Under the pieces are notes generated by a model. The model ran no database searches. It was given only the letters and a program-made list of their open reading frames with translations, and was not told the DNA's origin. The position numbers were made by a program, and so were the translations under genes. This document shows positions 13,853 to 23,562 of a stretch of 64,000 bases of DNA, one piece after another. Every line of letters starts with the position of its first letter. Within the stretch, counting starts at the first letter, position 1. Location of the stretch: positions 1 through 64,000 of the forward strand of contig CAVYHE010000004.1 of NCBI GenBank assembly GCA_963768305.1, written 5' to 3'. Source of the DNA: an uncultured bacterium (GTDB lineage: Bacteria > Margulisbacteria > WOR-1 > CAVSGV01).

Positions 13853-14003
13853 GAAAGTCCCTAAGATGCGCATGTGGGGGCTGCCTTCCACCAGAAAAGT
13901 TACGACTCAGGTCATCCAATCAAAGAAGAACAAATTGAAGAAAAGATCAGCTCAGAAGGACATCCTCAAAAAAGAGATCCAGGAGCTGGAGCAGGATGAT
14001 TAG
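13833..14003 (+). CDS. Small basic protein, 56 aa (below ORF-track cutoff)
   Basis: MVRQRSRKVPKMRMWGLPSTRKVTTQVIQSKKNKLKKRSAQKDILKKEIQELEQDD; SD GGAGA 8 nt upstream; fills the gap before pfp. Confidence 0.65.
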   Translation: MVRQRSRKVPKMRMWGLPSTRKVTTQVIQSKKNKLKKRSAQKDILKKEIQELEQDD

Positions 14004-14032
14004 CCGAAGAAAACCTTCGCTGCATCAAAGAT

Positions 14033-15657
14033 CTATATAGTAAATTCCAGACCTTTATAGCCCTGATTTAAAGCTACAGATATCGGGAGCTGCTTTGCGG
14101 TAGGGCCCCATAGCTGGCGCGGTCCGGGAGAAGTGAACCTGTCTTCACTGGCCCAATCCTCACGCCTTGAAGCGAAGAATTTAAAAGCCGGAGAAGCTGT
14201 TTTGACCAGGGCTTTTTCAATGACCATTTCATCTTTACCTTCGCGACGCTCAATATGGATCAAGCCGGTCAAAGGTATGCCCAGAGCTTTACCGCCTTTA
14301 TCCAGATCGGTCAAAGCGGCCATGTAGCCGGTTTTGCCGTTCAAGATCAGAGAGCCGGCGACCAGACCCAGGTTGTAGGTATAAGCGGCATCGAACTGAC
14401 GATGGCGCGCCGCAGCGTCCTTCGTAACCAAAGAAGTGGTTCAGCGTGCTGAACTTAACGCCAGGGTCGATCTCTTTGACGCGGCGGGCGACCATATCAA
14501 TGATCAAGCGCTCTGTCGGGATCAAAGAAACCTGCGAGATTGCCGTGAGAATCCCTTTCAGCCAGCAGCATCTCCTGAATATACTGCAGGCAGGGACCTG
14601 AATAAATTGCGCGCTGGCTGCGGATAGATGAGCTGCTGCTTCGGCCGGTCCATTTTTAGCCAATGCGTCGTTCAATTCAGAGATCAAAACATTCATTTCC
14701 GGAATGAACTCAACGATGCCTTCAGGGATAAGGACGACTCCGTGATTGATCTTTTTCTTTGCCCTGGCAACAACGGTCTGGGCGATCGAATCGATGATCT
14801 CGCCCAAAGACGATTTCTTCTCCGCGATCTCCTCGGATATCAAGCAGACCGGAGGGCGTGTCTGCAGCGCGACTTCCAGAGCTACATGCGAAGCGGCGCG
14901 GCCCATCAGCTTAATAAAGTGCCAGTACTTGCGGGAAGACGGAGTGTCCTGCAAAATATTGCCGACCAGCTCCGCGTAGATCTTGGTCGCGGTATCAAAA
15001 CCGAACGAGATCGGCAGCAGCTCGCCGACTTGCAGGTCGCCGTCAACGGTCTTGGGGACGCCCGATCACCTGAACTTTGCCGTAGAGATGCTCAGCCAGC
15101 ACGGCAGCATTGGTATTGGAGTCATCGCCGCCGATGATCACTATCGCATCCAGTTTGTTCTTCTCGCAAACATTCTTGACTTGCCGGAATTGCTCGTCAG
15201 TTTTTATCTTTGTGCGGTCAGAGCCCAAAAAATCAAAACCGCCGGTATTCAAGATACGCTTCACGGCTCCGTCCGTGATCTCAAAAAGAGCGCCTTCCAA
15301 TAAACCCTTAGGGCCGGCTTTAACTCCCAGCAATGTATTGTTCTTGCCCAGGATAGCCTTTAAACCGGCAATAACATTGTGGCCGCCGGCTGCCGGACCG
15401 CCGGAAAACAACACGGCAACACGCATGCCTTTGGCCGGTTTCTTGTTAGCCTTGGAGCCGGAGAGCAATTTATTCGAACCCGCGCCGACAACTTTGGGAA
15501 AAGCTTTAGCCACTGCCGCGCTGTCTTTTGTCTTCAAAGTCCTGCCTGTCGGGTCAAAAGACAAAGGGACCAGCTTGCCCTTGTTTTGGAATTTTTTAAA
15601 GACCGGAACTTTTATTTTGCGGATATTCTTCTCGAATAGAGAATTGTTCTTTTCCAT
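14033..15657 (-). CDS. pfp: Pyrophosphate-dependent phosphofructokinase (several frameshifts)
   Basis: SGGPAAGGHNVI, IGGDDSNTNA, KLMGRAASHVALE, GYEGRC, SPGPRQ. Confidence 0.92.
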
Positions 15658-15696
15658 CTCTATTAGATCGTTGTTAACGGCATGTCGTTACCTTAC

Positions 15697-16662
15697 TTAG
15701 GCTTTTCCCGCTGACCCTAAAACGTTGATGTTCTTATGCTTATAGAGTTCCTTTAGCGCGTCTCTCGCCGGGCCAAGGTATTTTCTCGGATCGAATTCTT
15801 CGGGATTCTCGACAAAAACTTTTCTTATCGCTGCCGTCATTGCCAGTCGTCCGTCGGAATCGATATTTATCTTGCAGACAGCGCTCTTCGCGGCTTCCCT
15901 CAGCTGCTCTTCCGGGATCCCGACGGCATCCTTCATTTTCCCGCCGTATTTATTGATGGTCTGTATAAGGTCCTGCGGCACGGATGAAGCGCCGTGGAGA
16001 ACTATGGTGAACCCGGGGATCTTTTTTTCTATCTCGTGGAGGATATCCATTCGGATCTCGTGCTTTGTGCCGGGTTTAAATTTATAAGCTCCATGCGATG
16101 TTCCGATCGCTATTGCCAATGAATCCACCCCGGTCTTCTTCAAGAAGTCCTGGACTTCTTCCGGCCTGGTGTAGGTATGCTCTTCGGCTTTAACTTCGTC
16201 CTCGATGCCGGCAAGAACACCAAGCTCTCCTTCGACAGTAATATCGTATTTATGCGCATAATCGACCACTTTTTTCGTGAGAGCGACGTTCTCATCATAA
16301 GGGAGGTGGGAGCCGTCTATCATTACGGATGAAAACCCGTATTCGATGCATGAAACGCAAAGCTCAAATGTGTCCCCGTGGTCCAGGTGGAGGCAGATGG
16401 GGATATTCGATTTCAGGTCTTTCCTGGTCATTTCCACCGCTCCCTGCGCCATGTGGCGGAGCATTGTCGCGTTGGCGTATTTCCTTGCGCCGGATGACAC
16501 TTGAATGATAACAGGCGAGCTTGTTTCGGCGCAGGCCATCATGATCGCCTGAAGCTGCTCCATGTTATTGAAATTGTAAGCGGGGATGGCGTATTTGCCC
16601 GCCATTGCTTTCTTGAACATTTCCCTTGTATTGACCAGTCCCAGCTCTGTAAATTTCACCAT
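15697..16662 (-). CDS. fba: Fructose-bisphosphate aldolase class II
   Basis: LHLDHG, VEGELG, GTSHGAYK, VLHGASS, KINIDSD. Confidence 0.96.
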   Translation of the reverse strand: MVKFTELGLVNTREMFKKAMAGKYAIPAYNFNNMEQLQAIMMACAETSSPVIIQVSSGARKYANATMLRHMAQGAVEMTRKDLKSNIPICLHLDHGDTFELCVSCIEYGFSSVMIDGSHLPYDENVALTKKVVDYAHKYDITVEGELGVLAGIEDEVKAEEHTYTRPEEVQDFLKKTGVDSLAIAIGTSHGAYKFKPGTKHEIRMDILHEIEKKIPGFTIVLHGASSVPQDLIQTINKYGGKMKDAVGIPEEQLREAAKSAVCKINIDSDGRLAMTAAIRKVFVENPEEFDPRKYLGPARDALKELYKHKNINVLGSAGKA

Positions 16663-16682
16663 ATTATTTAACCTCCCGTTTT

Positions 16683-17432
16683 TTAATATTTGATTATCTT
16701 CGAGAACGATTCGGCTTCCAAACTTGCTCCGCCCACCAGTCCGCCGTCGATATTTCCCTGCGACATAAGATCCGATATGTTATCCGGTTTCACGCTTCCG
16801 CCGTATAGGATCCTTATTCCGTCAGCTATGTTCTGGCCGAATATGGAGCCGATGGTCTTTCTGGCGAAAATATGGACCTCTTCGGCCTGGGCGGGAGTCG
16901 CGACTTTTCCGGTTCCGATAGCCCACACCGGTTCGTATGCCACAACTATCAATTTCGCCTGCTCGGCATTAAGGACTCCGAGCCCTTCTCTTATCTGTTT
17001 TTCGATGACCGCGAAGGTCTTTCCGGATTCCCTTTCAGCCAGCAATTCGCCGATGCAAACTATCGGCGTGAGGCCGACTTTAAGCGCGGCAAGTATTTTT
17101 TTGCCGACCGTTTCGTTCGTTTCGTGGAAAAATTGCCTTCTTTCAGAATGGCCGATGATGACGTAAGCGCAGCCGGTATCTTTTACCTGAAGCGCGGATA
17201 TTTCGCCAGTGAAGGCGCCTTTTTCTTCCCAGAAAAGGTCCTGCGCGCCGACTTTGATATTGGAACCTTTTACGGCGTCGCAGACGGATTTAAGGCAAGT
17301 GAAAACGGGGCAGATGACTATCTCTTTGTCGCGGACATCATTTACTTTGGCCTTCAATTCATTCGCGGTAGAAACAGCTTCCTGAATGGTCTTGTGCATT
17401 TTCCAGTTGCCGGCGATTATCGGTCTTCTCAA
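16683..17432 (-). CDS. tpiA: Triosephosphate isomerase
   Basis: AGNWKM, GHSERR, AYEPVWAIGTG, YGGSVK, LVGGASL. Confidence 0.97.
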   Translation of the reverse strand: MRRPIIAGNWKMHKTIQEAVSTANELKAKVNDVRDKEIVICPVFTCLKSVCDAVKGSNIKVGAQDLFWEEKGAFTGEISALQVKDTGCAYVIIGHSERRQFFHETNETVGKKILAALKVGLTPIVCIGELLAERESGKTFAVIEKQIREGLGVLNAEQAKLIVVAYEPVWAIGTGKVATPAQAEEVHIFARKTIGSIFGQNIADGIRILYGGSVKPDNISDLMSQGNIDGGLVGGASLEAESFSKIIKY

Positions 17433-17507
17433 TTTATCTTTGCCTTTCTAATATTGAAAACGAGAATCACATCATACCATCCGAACCGAGTATTTTCAAG
17501 ATGAAAT

Positions 17508-17539
17508 AAAGTGAAATTCCCCGTAAAAATTGTCGACAA
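17508..17539 (+). promoter_or_regulatory. Conserved element copy B (TGAAA-N15-GTCGACAA)
   Basis: AAAGTGAAATTCCCCGTAAAAATTGTCGACAA, 30 nt upstream of the ORF at 17570. Confidence 0.72.
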
Positions 17540-17569
17540 AGTAAGTGAAAGGAATATATATATAATGCT

Positions 17570-18538
17570 ATGCCAATAGATCCGGGTAATCTTAAAGATC
17601 TGCGTAAGTATGCTTTTGCCGCTCGAATAAAGGGGATGTTGGCGGCAAAGATGTTGCGCGTAAACCTGCCGGTCAGAATAAATGAAAGGAACTTCCGTGT
17701 TTTAGATATAGGGAGCGGGACGGGCACATTTTTAAGCGGATTTTTAAAGCCGAATATCACTGCAATATTCAGCAGGGTTGCTAATGACAGCAGTGCTGTT
17801 GTATACAGAGCAGACTTAAAAAGATCATCCTTGGTCACTGATTATTTCAAGAAAACCCTTGTAAACAAACAGCCCCGCATCAAATCGGTCAATCTTGTTG
17901 CGCCTGCAACGAACATCCCCTTGGTTTCAGGCTCAATTGATCTTATCCTGTTCTGTAATGCGTTGGAGCATTTCGATGAAACGGAAAGGATAAATTCTTT
18001 GGTGGATGCGCACAGGCTGCTTGCCACAGACGGCATGCTTCTGGTCCTGGGCCCGGTATCCTCTCCTCTGGAAATAAAAACGTATAAAAGGAGAGAGGCT
18101 CTTGGCAAGCTTCCCAAAGGGCCGGTGGAACTGTTGCTCGGGGGATCTTTAAGAAGCTTGAAGAGATCAAAAATTGTCGACGAAGATACATCCAGCGAAA
18201 AATATTATTTCATTCCGGGCGCGGCTGCAAGGATCAAGAGGGTGATAGAGGACCACGATTACGCGGGCAGGTTATTGAAGATAAGGGATAAGACGCCAAA
18301 TCTTGTTGATCTGAGGCGGGACCCGGACCATAAGGTATGGTTCAGCCCCGATTCTCTTAAATCTTTATTGAGTTCCGCGGGTTTTAAGCTTTGCGATGAG
18401 GGAGAGGATTATTTTATTTTCGGGACGACACACGGATACTTGAGAGCTATTTGCGGATATTTGATCCAAAGCCTTATGCCTTTTTCGCTCAGGAAGTTCT
18501 TTGCGCATGCCCAAGTTTATACTTGTAGGAAACAATAA
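17570..18538 (+). CDS. Class I SAM-dependent methyltransferase-like protein with basic N-terminal extension
   Basis: VLDIGSGTG motif I, SIDLILFCNALEH, RLLATDGMLLV. Confidence 0.75.
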   Translation: MPIDPGNLKDLRKYAFAARIKGMLAAKMLRVNLPVRINERNFRVLDIGSGTGTFLSGFLKPNITAIFSRVANDSSAVVYRADLKRSSLVTDYFKKTLVNKQPRIKSVNLVAPATNIPLVSGSIDLILFCNALEHFDETERINSLVDAHRLLATDGMLLVLGPVSSPLEIKTYKRREALGKLPKGPVELLLGGSLRSLKRSKIVDEDTSSEKYYFIPGAAARIKRVIEDHDYAGRLLKIRDKTPNLVDLRRDPDHKVWFSPDSLKSLLSSAGFKLCDEGEDYFIFGTTHGYLRAICGYLIQSLMPFSLRKFFAHAQVYTCRKQ

Positions 18539-18604
18539 TTCACAAATTCATATCGAGTTAATGCTGAGGGAGAACGAGTGAAAAACCTCAAAAAATTTCG
18601 TGCA

Positions 18605-18637
18605 AAAACTGAAATTTTCCGTAAAAATTGTCGATAA
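18605..18637 (+). promoter_or_regulatory. Conserved element copy C (TGAAA-N15-GTCGATAA)
   Basis: AAAACTGAAATTTTCCGTAAAAATTGTCGATAA, upstream of the SD (AGGAGG) of ORF 18674. Confidence 0.75.
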
Positions 18638-18673
18638 TATACTGATCGAAGTTCGTCAAGATAACAGGAGGTA

Positions 18674-19366
18674 ATGTTCATGGCAGAGTTTAGAATTACG
18701 GCAGAGGGGAGAAACTTATGCAAGCATTTCAGGTCATTTACATTCAAGGGAGAAAAGTACAAGACCTTGTACGGGGCGCATGGTTTCATTGACCCTCATT
18801 TCCAGGTAAACAATATTACAAAAGACCCTTCCGCAGGAAAGCTGACCCTGTCCATTCTTTCCGGGGTCAAGGACAGAGCGACGGATCGTTTTTATCCTGC
18901 CGAGATCATCGATCTGGATAATAATAAAATTGAAAATAAATGGCAGGAAGTGGAGATACAAACCGAGGCTTATAGCGCGGGATCGATCAGCAGCGGATAT
19001 CCTCTGCATGTCAGGTATTTGATCGAAGATGCCTGGCACGGCAAACTGCTGCCAAAAAACGATGAAGTCCAAGAACATCTCTCCTTTAGTGATCGCGGCG
19101 TAGGCGTGTTCATTCACGGGAGCTTATTGGATATTACCAATCATGTTCCCATGGATGTAAACCATGTGGCATTGTTCGTCGGAGAACGCAATGCTCTTGA
19201 CGCGCATATTCCGCGTCACCGCTACGCTTTTGAATTGTTGCTTAACAATTTCGGCTCAGATGAGATATTGGACTATGTCTCTGCGGCCGAGGCTTTGAGC
19301 ATTTCAGAAGGACTAATGATGGAACATAAATTCATTGAGGAATGGAAGCGTATGGAAAAGCGCTGA
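18674..19366 (+). CDS. Hypothetical protein, paralog 1
   Basis: 230-aa ORF with SD; collinear similarity to 19406-20071. Confidence 0.8.
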   Translation: MFMAEFRITAEGRNLCKHFRSFTFKGEKYKTLYGAHGFIDPHFQVNNITKDPSAGKLTLSILSGVKDRATDRFYPAEIIDLDNNKIENKWQEVEIQTEAYSAGSISSGYPLHVRYLIEDAWHGKLLPKNDEVQEHLSFSDRGVGVFIHGSLLDITNHVPMDVNHVALFVGERNALDAHIPRHRYAFELLLNNFGSDEILDYVSAAEALSISEGLMMEHKFIEEWKRMEKR

Positions 19367-19405
19367 AATTCGATCGAGAAGCTGGTCTACATAGGAGGAA
19401 ATGTT

Positions 19406-20071
19406 ATGTTCAATATGGGCAGGATTGAGAAAAGCATGTGCGATCAATTGGGGTCGTTCAAACGTTTTGGACACGTGGAATATAAAATTCTGCACGGAGC
19501 GGCGGGCTTGGTCAAGTCTCCTTTTCACATAAAAGAGACTGAGAATGAAATCTCCCGGCAACTTGTGTTATCTATTTCTTCCAGAGTGCAGGGCATAAAG
19601 AAGGCCACTTTTCTTCCCGCCGAGATCGTCTATCAGACCGGAAAGTCCCTTCAACATCAAATGTTCAAGCGATTGGAAATACAGACGGATTCTTATGGCA
19701 TAACTGATCATAACAGCGGATATCCCGCCAGGGTTAAAGCGTTGATCAAGGAGGCCTGCTACGGGGACCTTTATTGGCCTAAGCTGTTTTTTGAGGAACG
19801 CGGCGTAAGCGTGTTAATTAATGCGCCTTTTATGGATTTCATGCATGGAAATTCGGTGAAGATGAATTATGTAGCATTATTCGTCGGGAGACTCATTGAC
19901 CCTAACAATGCGAGCAGGTATTTTCCCCACTGCGCCGCGCAATTGATATTTTCCTTTTCCAGGTCAGATGAGGCAATAGCCAGAAAAGAGCTCTTTGACA
20001 GTCTTGCGATGATATCATTTAATCAGATGATGAACCGTAAAAGTTCAGGCCGCATTGGGTCAGTTAAGTAG
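19406..20071 (+). CDS. Hypothetical protein, paralog 2
   Basis: 221-aa ORF with SD AGGAGG; shares EIQT..Y......SGYP, RGV.V.I and VALFVG with the preceding ORF. Confidence 0.8.
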   Translation: MFNMGRIEKSMCDQLGSFKRFGHVEYKILHGAAGLVKSPFHIKETENEISRQLVLSISSRVQGIKKATFLPAEIVYQTGKSLQHQMFKRLEIQTDSYGITDHNSGYPARVKALIKEACYGDLYWPKLFFEERGVSVLINAPFMDFMHGNSVKMNYVALFVGRLIDPNNASRYFPHCAAQLIFSFSRSDEAIARKELFDSLAMISFNQMMNRKSSGRIGSVK

Positions 20072-20139
20072 AACATTCAGGCTCGGACCGCGAAGTAGAT
20101 CTATTGCGTGGAGCCCCAAGCAGAAAAAGGAGAAGGAAA

Positions 20140-20787
20140 TTGAATTCAATAGTAAGAATGAGAAGAAATGAGCAAAGTCCAGGGCAAGGCGCCTCAATGA
20201 GGGGTGTTTACCGGGTCGGCCATGTTCTGGTCAGGGTGGATACAAATATGGTTGCATTGGGCAGGGCGACCGACCTGGCAAATCGAATGGCGCACAAAGA
20301 AATAGTAAAACGGCCCGCGTTACAGTGCTATGTGATTGAAAGTATCTTTCGAAACCATGAGGACGCTAAAAGACTTAAGGAATATTTTGACACGGAGAAG
20401 CAAAAAGCCTGTTTTATAAAATTTGAATCTTTGGTCCAGGTCCTTACGGAGCGTTGGCCGGCTGACAAGGATTTTTCGTTGTTCTCCCTGGGAGGGCTTG
20501 GGATCGGCAGGACTCCGGGGTGCTTCGTTCACGGCGGAGAAGAGAAGCTCTATAATGATCTGTCCGGATTCGTGCAAACGAAAGAAGTCGGCGAAAAATT
20601 CGTCGGGTTATTCCAAGGCAAAGGGGCAACACTTGACTGTCAGGGGAATGAACCACCTTTGTTTCAGGTCAAGATCGGTGCATGTGACAGACATTTGCCG
20701 AACCTTAACTATCTTTACTATCTTTCACAATCATTCGCCACTCTTAATAAAGAAATGATCGATATCGCGCGTAAGCGAAGGGGTTAA
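20140..20787 (+). CDS. Hypothetical protein with Cys/His motifs (start uncertain)
   Basis: Long ORF filling the gap; PGCFVHG and KIGACDRH; SD-like AGGAGAAGGA before an in-frame TTG at 20140. Confidence 0.65.
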   Translation: MNSIVRMRRNEQSPGQGASMRGVYRVGHVLVRVDTNMVALGRATDLANRMAHKEIVKRPALQCYVIESIFRNHEDAKRLKEYFDTEKQKACFIKFESLVQVLTERWPADKDFSLFSLGGLGIGRTPGCFVHGGEEKLYNDLSGFVQTKEVGEKFVGLFQGKGATLDCQGNEPPLFQVKIGACDRHLPNLNYLYYLSQSFATLNKEMIDIARKRRG

Positions 20788-20793
20788 ACGAAC

Positions 20794-21408
20794 CTACTGC
20801 GGCGGGAGGGTGTAGTGGGTGTTCCTGCCGGCACCCTGGGTTTCAACCAGTTTTTTATCCGACAATAAAGTCAACTCGATATGCGCGGTCTTATGTGACA
20901 CATTGAATGCTTCTCTGTATTCTCGATTAGTTATCGCTCCGTGCTCAGTAATGAAGGTCATGGCGCGCTTCTGCCTCTTGTTCAGGTCCTTCCCCGCCCA
21001 CGGGCTCTTTATTTCCTCTTCCTCTTTTTCCCTCGCCGGCCTGGAAATATCCCCGTCCCTTAAATAGCAGATCTCGTCGGTCTTGTAAGGCTTTTCGTCG
21101 CCTTCATTTATCATGATATCAAGTATTTTTTTGTCGCCTCTATCCATTACATCTATATGAGGGATAATTGCGGGGACGCATTTTTCTTTTCCGATCTGCG
21201 TCAATTTCTCGAAAGTCGTGTCGTCAATGTCCACGCCCATCAGATGTTTGTTCTTGTCGTCGATGCCTAATATCAGGTGGCCGCCGTCGGAATTGGCGAA
21301 AGCCACGTATTCTCTGGCGATATCATCGGGGGAGGGTATGACCTTATCGAACTCGACCTGCTGGCCTTCTCCCTGCTCAAGGAGCTGGATCATTTCATCC
21401 CAGTTCAT
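20794..21408 (-). CDS. AlbA_2 (Schlafen-type) domain plus C-terminal winged-HTH protein
   Basis: GEGQQVEF, VAFANSDGGHLILGIDD; C-terminal ITNREYREAFNVS...GAGRNTHY. Confidence 0.82.
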   Translation of the reverse strand: MNWDEMIQLLEQGEGQQVEFDKVIPSPDDIAREYVAFANSDGGHLILGIDDKNKHLMGVDIDDTTFEKLTQIGKEKCVPAIIPHIDVMDRGDKKILDIMINEGDEKPYKTDEICYLRDGDISRPAREKEEEEIKSPWAGKDLNKRQKRAMTFITEHGAITNREYREAFNVSHKTAHIELTLLSDKKLVETQGAGRNTHYTLPPQ

Positions 21409-21464
21409 GATGGAAATGTACCATAATGGTGGCGGAATTTCAAGCAAGCGACTATAATTCCGGC

Positions 21465-22166
21465 ATGTCCGGCATTATTGACCAATTCATGGACCTGATA
21501 TTTCCGCCCCGCTGTATAATATGTAAAAACAAGGGACGGAGCCTGGTGTGCGGCGACTGTGCGGCAAGGATTAGATATGTCAAACCGCCGATATGCAGGA
21601 TATGCGGAAAGCCGAAAGACCGGTATTTTGTGAACGATCTTTGCGGGGACTGCGCTGTTGAAAAACCGCCTTTTATAACGGCAAGGTCGATAGCTCTTTA
21701 CGAAGACCCGCTGAAAGAAGTGATACATAAATTGAAATTCGGGGATAAGATGCGGCTTCTGCCGTTCCTTGGCGGCATTATGAACGATCATTTAAAGGAA
21801 TGCGGCATCGATCTCTCTGGGATAGACCTTATCATCCCTGTCCCTCTTTCCAAACAAAGAGAAAGACAAAGAGGGTTCAATCAGTCAAGATCGCTGGCAA
21901 AAGAGTTATCAGATCATTTTTCGATAGAACTTGATGATGTTTCCCTGAAAAAGGTCAAAGATATAACCCCGCAGTTCGAGCTCCCAAGGGAACAGAGATT
22001 AACTCATGTAAAAGGCGCTTTTGAAAGCGCGCCGATAGGCGGCAACATCCTGCTTATCGATGATATTTACACGACAGGGGCGACCGTTAGGGAAGCAAGT
22101 TTGGCTCTCAGATCCGCCGGGGCTGATCAGGTTTTTGTCCTGACTTTGGCAAGGGCCGTTGCTTGA
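21465..22166 (+). CDS. comF: ComF family amidophosphoribosyltransferase-like protein
   Basis: Double Zn ribbon, RGFNQS, LLIDDIYTTGAT; upstream of hpf-secA. Confidence 0.92.
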   Translation: MSGIIDQFMDLIFPPRCIICKNKGRSLVCGDCAARIRYVKPPICRICGKPKDRYFVNDLCGDCAVEKPPFITARSIALYEDPLKEVIHKLKFGDKMRLLPFLGGIMNDHLKECGIDLSGIDLIIPVPLSKQRERQRGFNQSRSLAKELSDHFSIELDDVSLKKVKDITPQFELPREQRLTHVKGAFESAPIGGNILLIDDIYTTGATVREASLALRSAGADQVFVLTLARAVA

Positions 22167-22236
22167 GGGGCAGAGTCAAAAAAGCATATAATTCAACCTA
22201 TGACAGTTTAAAACGGACTTTAAGCGAGGTGCAGAT

Positions 22237-23436
22237 GTGGAACATAAATCAGAGTCAAATGGAAGAATGACATACAAGGAAAAATTGTTTTTCCAAAAGG
22301 CGAACCACGACAGAGTGGCCCAGCTGATAAAGGCTGGAAAGAATGTGGATGCGCTCAGGAAAATATCCCCGAGCTATTTCATTATCAATATAACATGGAG
22401 ATGCAACAGTAATTGCCTGGGATGTATCGACGAGGTCGCACTACAAAGAAAGATGTTCGAGACAAAGTCCGGTCTGGATATGAGCTGGGATATATGCAAG
22501 GACATACTTGATTACGCAAAAGAGAATAAAGTATTGGGAGCGATAATCCAGGGAGGGGAACCGCTTCTTTATCCATATATCGACAAATTCCTTCATTCCT
22601 GTGTTGATTCGGGCCTCATGTTAAGGCTGGTAACCAATGGAAGCATGATAGATAAACATTTCGATTCGATCGCGGAAGCATTTAACGCGCAGAGACGATC
22701 TGTATTCAGGGTATCTATAAATGCCGATGGAGCGCATTATGCGCAATATACGAGAAGAGAGGGTGCAACATTCCATCAGATCCTTAAAAACATAGAGGAA
22801 CTTTCAAAAAGAAATGTAAAGGTCTGCGTTTCAACCGTCTATTTCGGGCGTAGCAGCCATACAATAGGGTTCCGAAATTTCGATCAATTGTGGAACATCA
22901 TAAATGCTGCCAGCAAAGCCGGCGCAGATATGCTGCTTTTGCTTCCGGGAAGGGCTCCGGGTTCAAGAAGCTCATTACCTTTAAATAAAAGCGAGATACG
23001 ATTTATCCAGGACATTCCGGACAATGTTCAGGGAATGCGGATATGTAAATCAGACAGGCCGATAATTGAAGAAGGATCCGGCCCAGTTCTTCAAAATAAA
23101 GATTTCTGCCCCTGTCCCACGTCCCTTCTGAGAGTTGTGGTGGACCCTGACGGGACCCTTTATGCATGTACTGAGCATATTGGCGATAAAAGGGCTGTTT
23201 TAGGAAAAATAGATCCTCCTGCTGTTCCATTTTCAGCTGTATGGCATTCCGAAGAAAGGGTGAAAAAACATTTGAAATTTGATCCAAGAAAATTTTGCGG
23301 CAAAATAACCTGTGACAGATACGGCACTAACTCTTCCGTGGAGGCTGCGAGGGCGGGATATGAAAAATTCAAATGCCCGAGCATAATAAGCCACCTGCTT
23401 CTGGAAAGCAGCTCAGCAGACAGCATCTTTTTTTAG
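22237..23436 (+). CDS. Radical SAM enzyme with SPASM/Twitch domain
   Basis: CNSNCLGC (CX3CX2C), GGEP, C-terminal C...VDPDGTLYAC...C...C. Confidence 0.88.
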   Translation: MEHKSESNGRMTYKEKLFFQKANHDRVAQLIKAGKNVDALRKISPSYFIINITWRCNSNCLGCIDEVALQRKMFETKSGLDMSWDICKDILDYAKENKVLGAIIQGGEPLLYPYIDKFLHSCVDSGLMLRLVTNGSMIDKHFDSIAEAFNAQRRSVFRVSINADGAHYAQYTRREGATFHQILKNIEELSKRNVKVCVSTVYFGRSSHTIGFRNFDQLWNIINAASKAGADMLLLLPGRAPGSRSSLPLNKSEIRFIQDIPDNVQGMRICKSDRPIIEEGSGPVLQNKDFCPCPTSLLRVVVDPDGTLYACTEHIGDKRAVLGKIDPPAVPFSAVWHSEERVKKHLKFDPRKFCGKITCDRYGTNSSVEAARAGYEKFKCPSIISHLLLESSSADSIFF

Positions 23437-23562
23437 TATGCAAAACTGAATATTTCAGACGTTATATCATCCGCTCTTTTCAACAGCTCATGGAATATTA
23501 CCGTTTTATGGTTGAGCAACCTCTCAAAAGAGTATATAATCCTCTGAATCAGGAGGAAAATT

